A stretch of 64,000 nucleotides of DNA, from positions 32,001 to 96,000 of the forward strand of contig CAVVKJ010000019.1 of assembly GCA_963748815.1 (NCBI GenBank). The letters are read 5' to 3'. Positions 21,626 through 30,693 of the stretch are shown piece after piece. Numbering within the stretch: the first letter of the stretch is position 1; each line of letters begins with the position of its first letter. The DNA is from an uncultured Gemmatimonadales bacterium (GTDB lineage Bacteria > Gemmatimonadota > Gemmatimonadetes > Gemmatimonadales > GWC2-71-9). The notes beneath the pieces were generated by a model. The model ran no database searches. It worked only from the letters and a program-made list of their open reading frames with translations, and had not been told where the DNA came from. A program made the translations under genes and the position numbers.

Positions 21626-22309
21626 TGACCGACGACACCGCCGCGGCCGCGCCGCGGCGGGCTCAGCGGTCCCGACGTGTCCTCGAACCGATCGAGCGGC
21701 TCTCCGAAATCCTCTTCGGACTCATCATGGTGCTCACCTTCACCGGCGCGCTCAGTGTGGCGGAGGCGGGGCGCGCGGATGTGCGCGAGATGCTCATCGG
21801 GGCGCTGGGGTGCAACCTGGCCTGGGGCATCATCGACGGGGTGTTCTACCTGATGGGAGCCATGGCCGAGCGGGGCCGCAACCTGCGTGCCCTGCGAGGC
21901 GGTGCGAGCGACCGAAGACCCGGAGGAGGCCGAGCGCCTCATCGTGGACGCGCTGCCGCCGACCATCGCGGCGGTGCTGGAGCCTTCCGAGTTCGTCGAC
22001 CTGCATCAGCGGCTCGGCGAACTCCCCGAGCCGCCCACCGCCCGCGTCTGGGCGGGACGACTGGCGTCGGCGCGCTCGGCGTCTGCCTTCTCGTCTTCGT
22101 CTCGACGCTGCCGGTGGTCCTCCCGTTCACTCTTCATGCACGACATCGCGCCGGCCATGCGCGTCTCCGACGGGATCGCGATCATCTTGCTCGCGCTCAC
22201 CGGGGCCGCGTTCTCCCGGATGACCGGCCGGAATCCCTGGTTCGACGGCGTCATCGCGGTGCTGCTCGGCTCGGCGCTGGTGGCGCTCACCATGGCGCTC
22301 GGCGGATGA
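21626..22309 (+). CDS. VIT1/CCC1-like membrane protein (frameshifted)
   Basis: LEPIERLSEILFGLIMVLTFT, GCNLAWGIIDG; multiple TMs. Confidence 0.6.
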
Positions 22310-22963
22310 CGGGCCTGAGGAGTCTCGCCCTGATCGGGCTCATCTCTTGTCCTGGTGACAAGGGTCGCCAGGGCGCAGTCGCCTGACACCGCCACCGCCT
22401 CGGCGTCGGACGCCGACGAGCGCACCTGGGCATTCGGCGCGGCGGCATACACCTACTTTCTCCAGGATGACGCCGACTACGTCCAACTGGCCGCGACCGC
22501 GGACCGCGCGGCGCTGCACCTCGAGGCGCGCTACAACTACGAGGAGATCGACGCCGCCTCGATGTGGGTCGGCTACAACCTGAGCGCGGAAGGGACGCTG
22601 ACGCTGGAGTTCACGCCGATTCTCGGCGGTGTCTTTGGCAGCATGACCGGGGTCGGACTCGGATACGAAGGGTCGCTGAGCTGGAAGAGCCTGGAGCTGT
22701 ACAGCGAAGGGGAGTGGATCTTCGATACCGAGGACTCTTCGAACAATTTCTTCTACAACTGGTCGCAGCTGATCTATTCGCCGGCCGACTGGGTCAACTT
22801 CGGGCTGGTCACCCAGCGGACCAGGCTGGTGGACACCGACCGCGAGATCAACCGCGGTCCCTTCCTGGGTTTCAGCTACCGGTCCCTCAGCCTGACTGCC
22901 TTCGCGGTCAACGTGGGGGCAGACGACGCGTACCTCATTCTCGGGCTGGAGGTTGGGTTCTAG
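22306..22963 (+). CDS. Exported beta-barrel-like hypothetical protein
   Basis: Alternating aromatic beta pattern, C-terminal Phe (GLEVGF); frameshift in signal region. Confidence 0.55.
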
Positions 22964-22974
22964 GCCGGAAGAGA

Positions 22975-23300
22975 GGACGAGGGAAGCGCGGAAGGGTGTC
23001 GGAAGCTCGGAAACAACGAAAAATGCTCAAAAGCGTCAATTTCTTGAAGGATATTCTGTGTTTTCTTCGATCTTCAATCAAATATCTGGGTTTTGCCGCA
23101 TTTTCTGCGGCTTTCCGGGCTATCGGCGTGAAGGGATCACCGCCTTGGACCGGGGACGCGGGAGGCGCGGAAGGCTGTCGGAAGCTCGGAAAGGTGGAAT
23201 ATAGACGAATTATCGCAATATTGGGTCAATAATCGATTGAAACAGGTCCATTTGTACCATTCTACTGTTGTTTTCGCGCCTTCGCGTCTTCGCGTGAGCC
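22975..23300. repeat. AT-rich intergenic block with 39-bp direct repeat and terminal family C repeat
   Basis: 22975-23013 vs 23154-23192 (36/39 identical); TTCGCGCCTTCGCGTCTTCGCGTGAGCC at 23273-23300. Confidence 0.7.
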
Positions 23301-23327
23301 CCGTCCGAACCCCGCCCGGGAGGCCCC

Positions 23328-23680
23328 ATGTGGCTGATCACCACCACCGGTTTCTACAGCGTCGTCCAGAAACCGTGGGATCAGGCCGCCGACACCCTCA
23401 CGGTTCGCGCCCGCGCCAAGGCTGACCTCGACGCACTCCGCGAGGCCGGGCTCCCGGAGCTGGGGGAGATCATGGAGGATCCCGGGCGCCGACTACCGGT
23501 TCCGGGCCCAGGCGCCGAGGGCGGCAGTGACCCGTGCGGTGCGAGGCGCAGGTCGAGGCGATCGACTACGACAACTTCAAGTCGGCGGTGGCCAGGCGGC
23601 AGGGATCGGCGCGCGCCCACCTGTATCATGGCGTGTGGGATGCGCTGTATCGGATTCAGTCCGGGACTGAAGGGGCCTAG
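23328..23680 (+). CDS. Conserved hypothetical protein (MW..T..GFYSVV..L.VRAR..D..IDY.NFK type), frameshifted
   Basis: GGAGG RBS; C-terminal IDYDNFKSAV..LYHGVW in another frame ending TAG 23680. Confidence 0.6.
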
Positions 23681-23883
23681 GCTTCCCGCGCCCATTGGGC
23701 TCCTCGCCAGACAAAAACACTCAAGAACGAGCAGTTTTTCTCCAGAACTCCTCAGTTTCTTCCTGTTTTCTGCGAATTCCAGCACAATACGGTGTCTTTT
23801 CGCGCCTTCGCGCCTTCGCGTGAGCCCTTGGGGAGTATCGAAGTGGCTTGCGCCGTTGCTGGTATTATCAGATATTATTCCGT

Positions 23884-24288
23884 ATGCCAAAGCGACCTCC
23901 CATTGCCCGGATCTCCATCACCATCCCCGCTGACACCCTGCGGCTGGCGGATGAGCTTGCCGCTCGGCTCGATCGGCCGCGCAGCTGGGTGATGGGGGAG
24001 GCGGTGCGGCGGTGGGACACGAGTTCCCCCGCGACCGGTGCCACAAGCACCGTGCGCGAGGCCGCGGCCCTTCACTACACTGCGCATCGGCCCGGGCTGG
24101 GGGAGAGTCGTCTGGCTCAACTCCAATCCGACATGGAGTTGAGCGTGGATGAGCGGGTCCTGGCGGCAGAGGAAGGCGCAAAGCTCGATCGCGTGATCCA
24201 TCCGTCGAGTCCCGGCTCACAACTCAGATTCTTCGATCGATACGAGGACTATCTCGCGTGGAAGAAGTATCAAGGGATCGCCCGATGA
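23884..24288 (+). CDS. Ribbon-helix-helix (CopG-like) protein, putative antitoxin
   Basis: RISITIPADTLRLADELAARLDRPRSWVMGEAV. Confidence 0.7.
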   Translation: MPKRPPIARISITIPADTLRLADELAARLDRPRSWVMGEAVRRWDTSSPATGATSTVREAAALHYTAHRPGLGESRLAQLQSDMELSVDERVLAAEEGAKLDRVIHPSSPGSQLRFFDRYEDYLAWKKYQGIAR

Positions 24289-24752
24289 CCACGTACCAGA
24301 CCCAGCTCGCGCAGGTCTGCGCGCTCCTGAATGAGTCCGGAGCGCAGTATGTCCTGGTAGGCGCCCGCGCCCTTCAGCTCTATGGCAGCAGCCGCGCCAC
24401 GCGTGATATCGACATCCTCATTGAGCCCACCATCGACAACGCCAGACGGGTGCTCTCGGCGCTCTCACAGATCGGATTCGGCGTGGCCAGCGATTGGCTT
24501 GCAGAGGAGGTCGTCGCCAAGCAGGTCACCATCATTGGTGACACGCCAAGGGTGGATATCCTGACGGTGGCGTGGAGCGTTCGCTATCGCGATGCCCGAC
24601 CCGCGGCGACGATCTTCACCCTGGAATCGGTGGAGATCCCGACGATCTCGATCGAGCACCTCATTGCCTCCAAACGCACCGGCCGCCTGCAGGACGCGGC
24701 CGACATCGAAGTCCTCGAGGAGATTCAGCGACTTCGCGGCGAGGGCATATGA
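24285..24752 (+). CDS. Nucleotidyltransferase (pol-beta superfamily, DUF6036-like)
   Basis: YVLVGA.A..YG..RATRDIDI, LIASKRTGRLQD..D. Confidence 0.8.
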   Translation: MTTYQTQLAQVCALLNESGAQYVLVGARALQLYGSSRATRDIDILIEPTIDNARRVLSALSQIGFGVASDWLAEEVVAKQVTIIGDTPRVDILTVAWSVRYRDARPAATIFTLESVEIPTISIEHLIASKRTGRLQDAADIEVLEEIQRLRGEGI

Positions 24753-25255
24753 CCGTCATCATCCGCGCCCTCCTCGCCGACATCACTACCCTCGACGTGG
24801 ACGCCATCGTCAACGCCGCCAACGACCAGTTGGCCCCCGGCGGCGGCGTCTGCGGTGCGATCCATCGCGCCGCCGGCCCCGAGCTCGCCGAGGCATGCGC
24901 CCCTCTCCGCCCCTGCCCTGCCGGCGAAGCGCGCGTCACCCCCGGCTTCAACCTCCCCGCCCGTCTCGTGATCCACGCCGTCGGTCCCCGCTGGCTCGGC
25001 GGCGACCAGGGAGAGCCGGAGCAGCTGGCCGGCGCCTATCGCTCGGCGTTCCGCCTGGCGCAGGAGAGCATGGTCAAGACCCTCGCGTTCCCCGCCATCA
25101 GCACCGGCATCTTCGGGTATCCGCTGCACCCGGCCACGGCCATTGCCGTGCGGGTGACGCGGGAGGTGGCGCCGGCGTCGGGGGTGGAGGAAGTCATCTT
25201 CGTCTGCTTCAGCGAGGAAGTGCTGGGGGCGTATCGGAAGGAAGGAGTGGAATGA
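24749..25255 (+). CDS. Macro-domain protein (O-acetyl-ADP-ribose deacetylase, YmdB-like)
   Basis: DIT..DAIVNAAN..GGGVCGAIHRAAG, IHAVGP, AFPAISTGIFGYP. Confidence 0.92.
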   Translation: MTVIIRALLADITTLDVDAIVNAANDQLAPGGGVCGAIHRAAGPELAEACAPLRPCPAGEARVTPGFNLPARLVIHAVGPRWLGGDQGEPEQLAGAYRSAFRLAQESMVKTLAFPAISTGIFGYPLHPATAIAVRVTREVAPASGVEEVIFVCFSEEVLGAYRKEGVE

Positions 25256-25314
25256 TCCCTCGCGCGTGATTCCGGTTGTGACCTTTCGCTGATGGGTACC
25301 AAGACTATAGGGGC

Positions 25315-25757
25315 TCACGCGAAGGCGCGAAGACGCGAAGGAGACAGCGGTATGAACGCAGAGGAGGTCTCCTCGGCTATTGTGGATACTGCATTTCACC
25401 TGCACAGAGGGATAGGACCGGGGCTCCTGGAGTCGGTCTACGAATCACTCCTGTCGAGTCTGCTGGAACGTCGGGACCTGAAGGTAGAACGACAAGTACT
25501 CGTCGAGTTCGATTTCGACGGGGTTCACTTCTCGGAGGGATTACGGCTGGACTTGTTGGTGGAAGGCTTGGTGGTGGTTGAACTCAAGTCGGTGGAGCGA
25601 TTGGCGCCGGTCCACCCGAAACAACTTCTGACATACCTCCGACTATTGCATCTCCCGCTCGGCCTCCTCATCAACTTCGGCGCACCCACCTTCAAGGAAG
25701 GCGTCAAGCGAGTCGTCAACCATCACACCAACTTCGCGTCTTCGCGCCTTCGCGTGA
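25315..25757 (+). mobile_element. GxxExxY gene cassette bounded by perfect 26-bp inverted repeats
   Basis: TCACGCGAAGGCGCGAAGACGCGAAG at 25315-25340; exact reverse complement at 25732-25757. Confidence 0.6.
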
Positions 25758-25774
25758 ACCAACGGTCCGACTAA
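25352..25774 (+). CDS. GxxExxY family protein (PD-(D/E)XK nuclease-like)
   Basis: GPGLLESVY, RLDLLV..VVELK, QLLTYL..GLLINF. Confidence 0.93.
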   Translation: MNAEEVSSAIVDTAFHLHRGIGPGLLESVYESLLSSLLERRDLKVERQVLVEFDFDGVHFSEGLRLDLLVEGLVVVELKSVERLAPVHPKQLLTYLRLLHLPLGLLINFGAPTFKEGVKRVVNHHTNFASSRLRVNQRSD

Positions 25775-26364
25775 AGAACCCCGGCAATCGCGTAGGCGAT
25801 CTTCTCCGCCCCCTGCGAGGACGGTTCGATCTCCAGCACGAAGTCCTCCTCCTCCGTGCACACTCGCCGCAATTCCAGCACCTCCAGCCCCAATTCCTCG
25901 CCGACCCACCGGATCCGATCGTTGATCAGCCCGAGGGGGACGCGGGCAAGCCGGCCCGCCATCGGCGGCTGCAGCGGCACCTCGTAGATGGTGCAGAGCA
26001 CCGTCCTTTCCGTGCGCTCCATGACCGACCGCGCCGCCACCTCGTACTGCAGGTGGAACCCGTCGGCGATGGCCAGCAGTTCCGCCAGGACCTCGGCCGC
26101 CGAGGTGGCGGGCCGCTCGATGATCTCGATGTAGGGCACCAGGTCGTTCCCGCCGATGCTCAGCACCGCGACATCCGGCCGATAGTCCAGCGCCTCGAGC
26201 TGACGCGGCAGGCCGCGCATGGTGGCGCCGTCCTGCGCCAGCCGCTTCACCGACCAGGTCGGGGCCAGCAGCGGCTCCAGGTGCGCGGTCGTGTCCGGCT
26301 CCGGGTGGGTGTAAGGGGCGTTGTCGAGGATCGAATCGCCGAGGAGGAGGAGGGTCTGGGTCAT
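25771..26364 (-). CDS. SGNH/GDSL hydrolase
   Basis: LLGDSILDN, LSIGGND, IEPS..G. Confidence 0.8.
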   Translation of the reverse strand: MTQTLLLLGDSILDNAPYTHPEPDTTAHLEPLLAPTWSVKRLAQDGATMRGLPRQLEALDYRPDVAVLSIGGNDLVPYIEIIERPATSAAEVLAELLAIADGFHLQYEVAARSVMERTERTVLCTIYEVPLQPPMAGRLARVPLGLINDRIRWVGEELGLEVLELRRVCTEEEDFVLEIEPSSQGAEKIAYAIAGVL

Positions 26365-26417
26365 TGATATCTCACGCGAAGACGCGAAGGCGCGAAGGCG
26401 CGAAGCTGGGTCGGACA

Positions 26418-26443
26418 AGTATGTCACACCCCTCTGACATCTT
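26418..26443. promoter_or_regulatory. Overlapping divergent PafBC-type promoters
   Basis: + TGTCAC-N10-CATCTT (26422-26443); - TGTCAG-N10-CATACT (26439-26418). Confidence 0.6.
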
Positions 26444-26499
26444 GGCCTTTCACGTTAGTTGGTCTGACCGGAGCATTGACCAGGAGGAGAGGGAACCCG

Positions 26500-26865
26500 A
26501 TGCCTGACTGGAAACCGAGCCCGATTGCCGGGAAGTTCTACACCGTAGAGGACCTCATGAACCTGCCGCCGGCAGGATGCGTCAATCCCGCGAAGTCCCG
26601 GGAGGTGAGCCGGAACCTGCCGGTGCGGTTCTGGATGGAGACGGCCGAGCTGGTGGCCATTCTCGAGGCCAACATCGAGCTGATCAGGCTCAACCAGGAG
26701 CGGGCCAGCGCAGATGACGCCCGCCAGGCCGAGGTGCTGATTGCGCAGCGACGGCTCTGGGTCCGCCACCTGCTGGAGGCAGACGAGGAAGAGACCTTCA
26801 TCGGCATCTTTCCCGCGTCGTTCGCCGGCGACGAATACGATCAGGAGGAGGCCATCACCGGCTAG
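26500..26865 (+). CDS. Hypothetical protein, paralog of the ~33030-33293 ORF
   Basis: AGGAGG RBS; shares G.F.TVE.LMNLP, NIE, NQ and DARQ motifs with the paralog. Confidence 0.7.
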   Translation: MPDWKPSPIAGKFYTVEDLMNLPPAGCVNPAKSREVSRNLPVRFWMETAELVAILEANIELIRLNQERASADDARQAEVLIAQRRLWVRHLLEADEEETFIGIFPASFAGDEYDQEEAITG

Positions 26866-26870
26866 TTCCT

Positions 26871-26968
26871 CTTCGCGACTTCGCGTGAGCCGAATCAGTT
26901 CACACGAAGTCGCGATCTTTCACCTCACCCCCTGTCCCCCTCTCCATGATATGGAGAGGGGGAACGCC
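26871..26968. repeat. Family C right end plus reverse family B hairpin
   Basis: CTTCGCGACTTCGCGTGAGCC; CCTCACCCCCTGTCCCCCTCTCCATGATATGGAGAGGGGG. Confidence 0.75.
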
Positions 26969-26976
26969 GAGCGAAG

Positions 26977-28233
26977 CTACGGCATCCGCATCTTCCTGCC
27001 GAGGAGGTCTTTCGCTTCCCGGATGTTGTAGGACTCGAAACGCTCGCGCTTGAGCGAGTACTGGTCGAACCGCTCCCGGTGCCTGTGGGCCAGCTGTTCC
27101 AACTCGCGCACCAGGCGCCGCATTTCGGGGTCATGTCCGGCGTACTCCTTGATCCGACGGGCGGTGGCCAGCAGTACGCTGCGCGCCTTCTCCAGTTCGC
27201 CGATCCGGTTCAGCTCGGCCGCTTCCTCGCGGGCCTGGGCGGCGTAGCGCTGGGCCACGGCGAGGTCCACCGACTGGTCGCGCACCTGGGCGTCGTTGGC
27301 GGGGTGGTCGGCGTACTCCCACTCGATCCGCTCGGGGCGGACCTGCAGTACACCGTCACGATCGGCCAGGGAGACACTGATACCGGAGCTGGCGCCCATG
27401 GCACCGCGGGGGAACGTCACGCGGAGTACCGCGTCCACCTGCTGGCGGCTGACGAGGTCGTCGAGCGCGACTTCCACGGTGCGGCCGTTTCGGGTGACGC
27501 GGCGACCGTCGAGCGAGTGAATGATCAGGCCGGGGTCGGCTTCGACGACGACGCTGGCGTCCCGTGACACGACCTCGAGCGCCTCGCCCAGTTCGCTCAT
27601 CAGGAAATCGGCAATCTGTTCCGGACGCTCGAGGTAGTAGAAGTTCCCGCCGCCGGCCCGGGCCATGCCCTCCATGAGCCGCTCGTCGAAATCGCGCCCG
27701 ATGCCGAAGGTGCTGGTGGCGACGCCGCGGGCGCGGAGTTCGCCGGCATGCGTTTGGAGCGCACCCACGTCGGTGATGCCGGCGTTCGCCAGGCCGTCAC
27801 TCAGCAGCAGCGTGCGGGCGACGGTGTTCGCGCGCTCGGCGCGAGCCACCTCTTCGCAGCCCGTCAGCCAGCCGCCGGAGAGGTTGGTGGAGCTGCCGGA
27901 ATCGAGATGGTCGATTGCCGAGAGGAGGCGGCGCTTGTGGTCGTGATCGAGGAGCGCGCCGCCGGCCAGGAGCTCCACCTCGGTGTCGTAGGCCACCAGG
28001 GCCACGTGGTCGCGGGGGCCGAGAAGTTCGACCGCGCGGCGGGCAGCCAACTTCGCCAGTTCCAGCTTGTCGCCGTCCATCGAGCCCGACTTGTCGATGA
28101 CGAGTGCGACGTCGAGCGGCAAACGTTCGCGCTGACGCGGGGCCTCGGGGGCGGTGAAGCGGATGCGGACATAGCGGGTGCTGTGGACGCCGGCGCGGAC
28201 CAGCCTCCGGTCGGTATGGATGTGCAGTGTCAT
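26977..28233 (-). CDS. vWA-domain protein (YfbK/Ca-activated chloride channel-like)
   Basis: MIDAS DKSGSM, STNLSGG, LLSDGLAN; start at ATGA overlap with MerR gene. Confidence 0.88.
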   Translation of the reverse strand: MTLHIHTDRRLVRAGVHSTRYVRIRFTAPEAPRQRERLPLDVALVIDKSGSMDGDKLELAKLAARRAVELLGPRDHVALVAYDTEVELLAGGALLDHDHKRRLLSAIDHLDSGSSTNLSGGWLTGCEEVARAERANTVARTLLLSDGLANAGITDVGALQTHAGELRARGVATSTFGIGRDFDERLMEGMARAGGGNFYYLERPEQIADFLMSELGEALEVVSRDASVVVEADPGLIIHSLDGRRVTRNGRTVEVALDDLVSRQQVDAVLRVTFPRGAMGASSGISVSLADRDGVLQVRPERIEWEYADHPANDAQVRDQSVDLAVAQRYAAQAREEAAELNRIGELEKARSVLLATARRIKEYAGHDPEMRRLVRELEQLAHRHRERFDQYSLKRERFESYNIREAKDLLGRKMRMP

Positions 28234-28760
28234 AGACCCTCCCCAGTATTGATGAGCCGATCGGCGAGTTCGACCAGCCGACTCACCAACTTCGTCTCGT
28301 GGTGTGACAACGGGCTTCGAACGTGCATCTCGATGTTGGGGGTGAGGGATATCCGCTCCCAGGAGTCGCGGGAGCGTTGGGAAGGGGTGGCGACCGTCCG
28401 CTGCGGGGTCCGTTCCGCGCGGAAGAAGGGGGTTTCGCGTTCGGCGCCCATCCGGATGGAGCGGGCGTAGTCGGCGGCGGATTTGCGGCGCTGCTGAACC
28501 TCGGCGAGGGTCCTGGCCACCTCGGCGTCGTCCATCGGGGCCAGCCGGTCCTGGATCTCGGCCAAGGTCAGGCGCTCCTTTTGGAGGGCCCGGATGAGCT
28601 CGAGGCGCTGGACATCGGAGTCGCCGTAGAGGACCTTGACCCCGCGGAGGCCGGGGGAGTCCATCAGCCCTTCGTTCTGGTAAAACCTTATGGTACGGAC
28701 ACTTAGACCGGTGGCGGCGGCGAGATCCTGGATGGAGAGGTCGTCGGAGTTGAGGAGCAT
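28230..28760 (-). CDS. MerR-family HTH regulator
   Basis: LSIQDLAAATGLSVRTIRFYQNEGLM..Y...L..I..LQ. Confidence 0.85.
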   Translation of the reverse strand: MLLNSDDLSIQDLAAATGLSVRTIRFYQNEGLMDSPGLRGVKVLYGDSDVQRLELIRALQKERLTLAEIQDRLAPMDDAEVARTLAEVQQRRKSAADYARSIRMGAERETPFFRAERTPQRTVATPSQRSRDSWERISLTPNIEMHVRSPLSHHETKLVSRLVELADRLINTGEGL

Positions 28761-28767
28761 GGCAGTA

Positions 28768-28796
28768 AATGTACAGTTTGACTGTTATACTGTCAA
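28768..28796 (-). promoter_or_regulatory. Near-consensus sigma70 promoter with embedded operator, probably leaderless
   Basis: TTGACA-17 bp-TACATT, 7 nt before ATG; ACAGT-TTG-ACTGT palindrome at 28773-28785. Confidence 0.7.
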
Positions 28797-28915
28797 TACC
28801 CATGGTCCCTGGAGTTGATGTCTCCGGCCGCTCGTCCAAGCCACTTGTGTTCCGTCCTTTCCGTGACAGACTTTGAAACGCTGATCATCCCACCACCAAG
28901 AGCGAGAGGGAAGCG

Positions 28916-29511
28916 ATGGAACAGAACCCAATCCATTTCGAGCCCTGGAAGGCGAGTTGTTCAAGAGTGGCGAAGGCCAGCTCGGCTCCAAACGGCTCCT
29001 AGTCCTCGGCGAGGCGCATTACTCCGACCATCCTGAGGATGAGACCCCGGAGCTCACGTGCAACCTGCTTCAGACCATCACTGATGGGACCAGGTCGATC
29101 GCGTATTTCACAAAGCTCGAGCACCTGCTCGCCGGTTGCCAGAACGGTGACGGAAGACGCCGTGTCGGGCTTCAATGGGGTTCTACACTTTGACAGGGAC
29201 TCGTCGCGAAGGCGCGAAGACGCGAAGACGCGAAGAGGGGGCTCACACGAAGGCGCATTTGCGGTGTGCTGGCAGAATTGAAACCTCAACGAGTCCTCGT
29301 CACCGGCGTCGAACTCTGGAACGCACTGAGCCATGGACTCTTTCCGGGCTGGACGTCCAGATCAATGACGCCGGGATTCGACGGCCCGATTTACGAATGG
29401 AGTTCGGTGGACCACCAGCCACAGGTCTGCGCCACCTGGATCAGCCACCCATCCTCCGGCTCATCCGCCTACGAGAAGTGGACCGAGCGGATTGACACGC
29501 TCATGGAGTAG
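28916..29511 (+). pseudogene. Uracil-DNA-glycosylase-like protein interrupted by a family C repeat
   Basis: FEPW.., LLVLGEAHY, LKPQRVLVTG..LW, SHPS in different frames; repeat at 29204-29256. Confidence 0.55.
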
Positions 29512-29529
29512 GCAATCAGCGAACCCTGC

Positions 29530-29551
29530 TGTCACACCCCCATGCGATTGT
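29530..29551 (+). promoter_or_regulatory. PafBC-type promoter
   Basis: TGTCACACCCC-N5-GATTGT upstream of ATG 29585. Confidence 0.5.
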
Positions 29552-29584
29552 TCGGGTCAACCGTACCACCAACCCGAGCGTGCA

Positions 29585-29995
29585 ATGGACTACCCGTCGA
29601 ACCCACTAACTCTCTTTCCTCCTGCAATCCATGAGCTGCTCGACCGGCAATGCAAGTCCTGGAAGCCACACCACGCCGCACTTGTTGTTGTCTTTCGTGT
29701 ATGGCAACTCGGTGCAGCGCTTCGGTGGAACGTGGCGCCTCCTCCCTGTTCTACGGATTGGTGCGACTCGAATTGGCGTGTGAGCTCCGACCGACTTGGC
29801 TGGCTGGCCGAAGGCAGGGAGTACGTCCGTCGGAGTTCGGGCCTCACTTCATCAGCCTCGTGGCGGGGTGGAGTTGGGCCGGCCGGAACACGTTCCTCAT
29901 CGGGGGTTTCCGCCTGCCGCATCGTACACGCCTCAAGCGGCGGTACCGCGGAGTCTCCGCATGCTGAGCGGGCAATCCAGCGCCGCGCAGCGTGA
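29585..29995 (+). CDS. Hypothetical protein (possibly frameshifted)
   Basis: ATG downstream of promoter motif; no recognisable domain. Confidence 0.3.
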   Translation: MDYPSNPLTLFPPAIHELLDRQCKSWKPHHAALVVVFRVWQLGAALRWNVAPPPCSTDWCDSNWRVSSDRLGWLAEGREYVRRSSGLTSSASWRGGVGPAGTRSSSGVSACRIVHASSGGTAESPHAERAIQRRAA

Positions 29996-29999
29996 ATTT

Positions 30000-30693
30000 C
30001 CGACAGTGTTCGCGGCTTCGCGCGAAGAGGGAACGGTCACCTTCTGGAAGGCGCGCGCGGCCAAGTGCGCGTGCCCCCGGTGTCGGAGCATGAAGTCATC
30101 CTGGAACCGGGTCTCAAGAAGTCGCTGCTCGACTGGCTGGACCATTTCTGGAATCAGCAGTCAGCGGCTCGGAACTGGGCCTGACGCCGAGGGGACCCCG
30201 CTCGGCCACACCCATCATCTCCGTGTAGCCAGCCGGAATAGGTCCAGTCCCGGCCTTCCCGGACGGGATGGCCATCTGTATGTCGCCACCACCTCAGGGC
30301 GGCAAGCCGATTGCTTCAGCCGATGCTCGGCCTCTCGCGCCAGCTCGGCGAACCGCTGCACGAGGACTTGTCGGCGAGCACCCGGGCGGTGTGTGGCGCG
30401 CATCCGTCCAATGTGAAGTAATTGTTCTCGGCGTCCCCCGTTGTGTATCGGGCGGCTCGCGCCAAGGGATCGTGATCCAGTCGCACCGTTGTCGTGGAGG
30501 ATGTACAGGGCAAGCCAGCGGGTAGGACGCCGCGTCTGTTCGCCGGAAGAACAGGCCGCTCGGTGCGTTCGCGGAGACGATCCGAAGGCCGCTGGTAGCC
30601 GCGCTTGTGCAGTTCGTGCACCATCTGGAGGACGCGCACTGCCCGGCGGACAATGGGCTCAGGCGAGCGGACGCTCGGCTTGGGAGTAGCCAT
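30000..30693 (-). CDS. Hypothetical protein (VHELHKRGYQR motif), frameshifted, 3' end uncertain
   Basis: Coupled to DUF429 gene; coding-like fragments in successive frames. Confidence 0.4.

Noticed and set aside
22975..23192. Possible CRISPR array
   Set aside because: Only two repeats with a 140-bp spacer and no cas genes; the family C octamer repeats have no spacers
28234..28839. N-terminal extension of vWA ORF, or a MerR-vWA fusion
   Set aside because: It is the off-frame reading of the MerR gene; a clean ATGA overlap supports two genes
28791..28870. Other TGTC sites (28791, 28868, also 22997, 37348, 45107, 57259) as PafBC promoters
   Set aside because: No NANNNT at the required 16-nt offset
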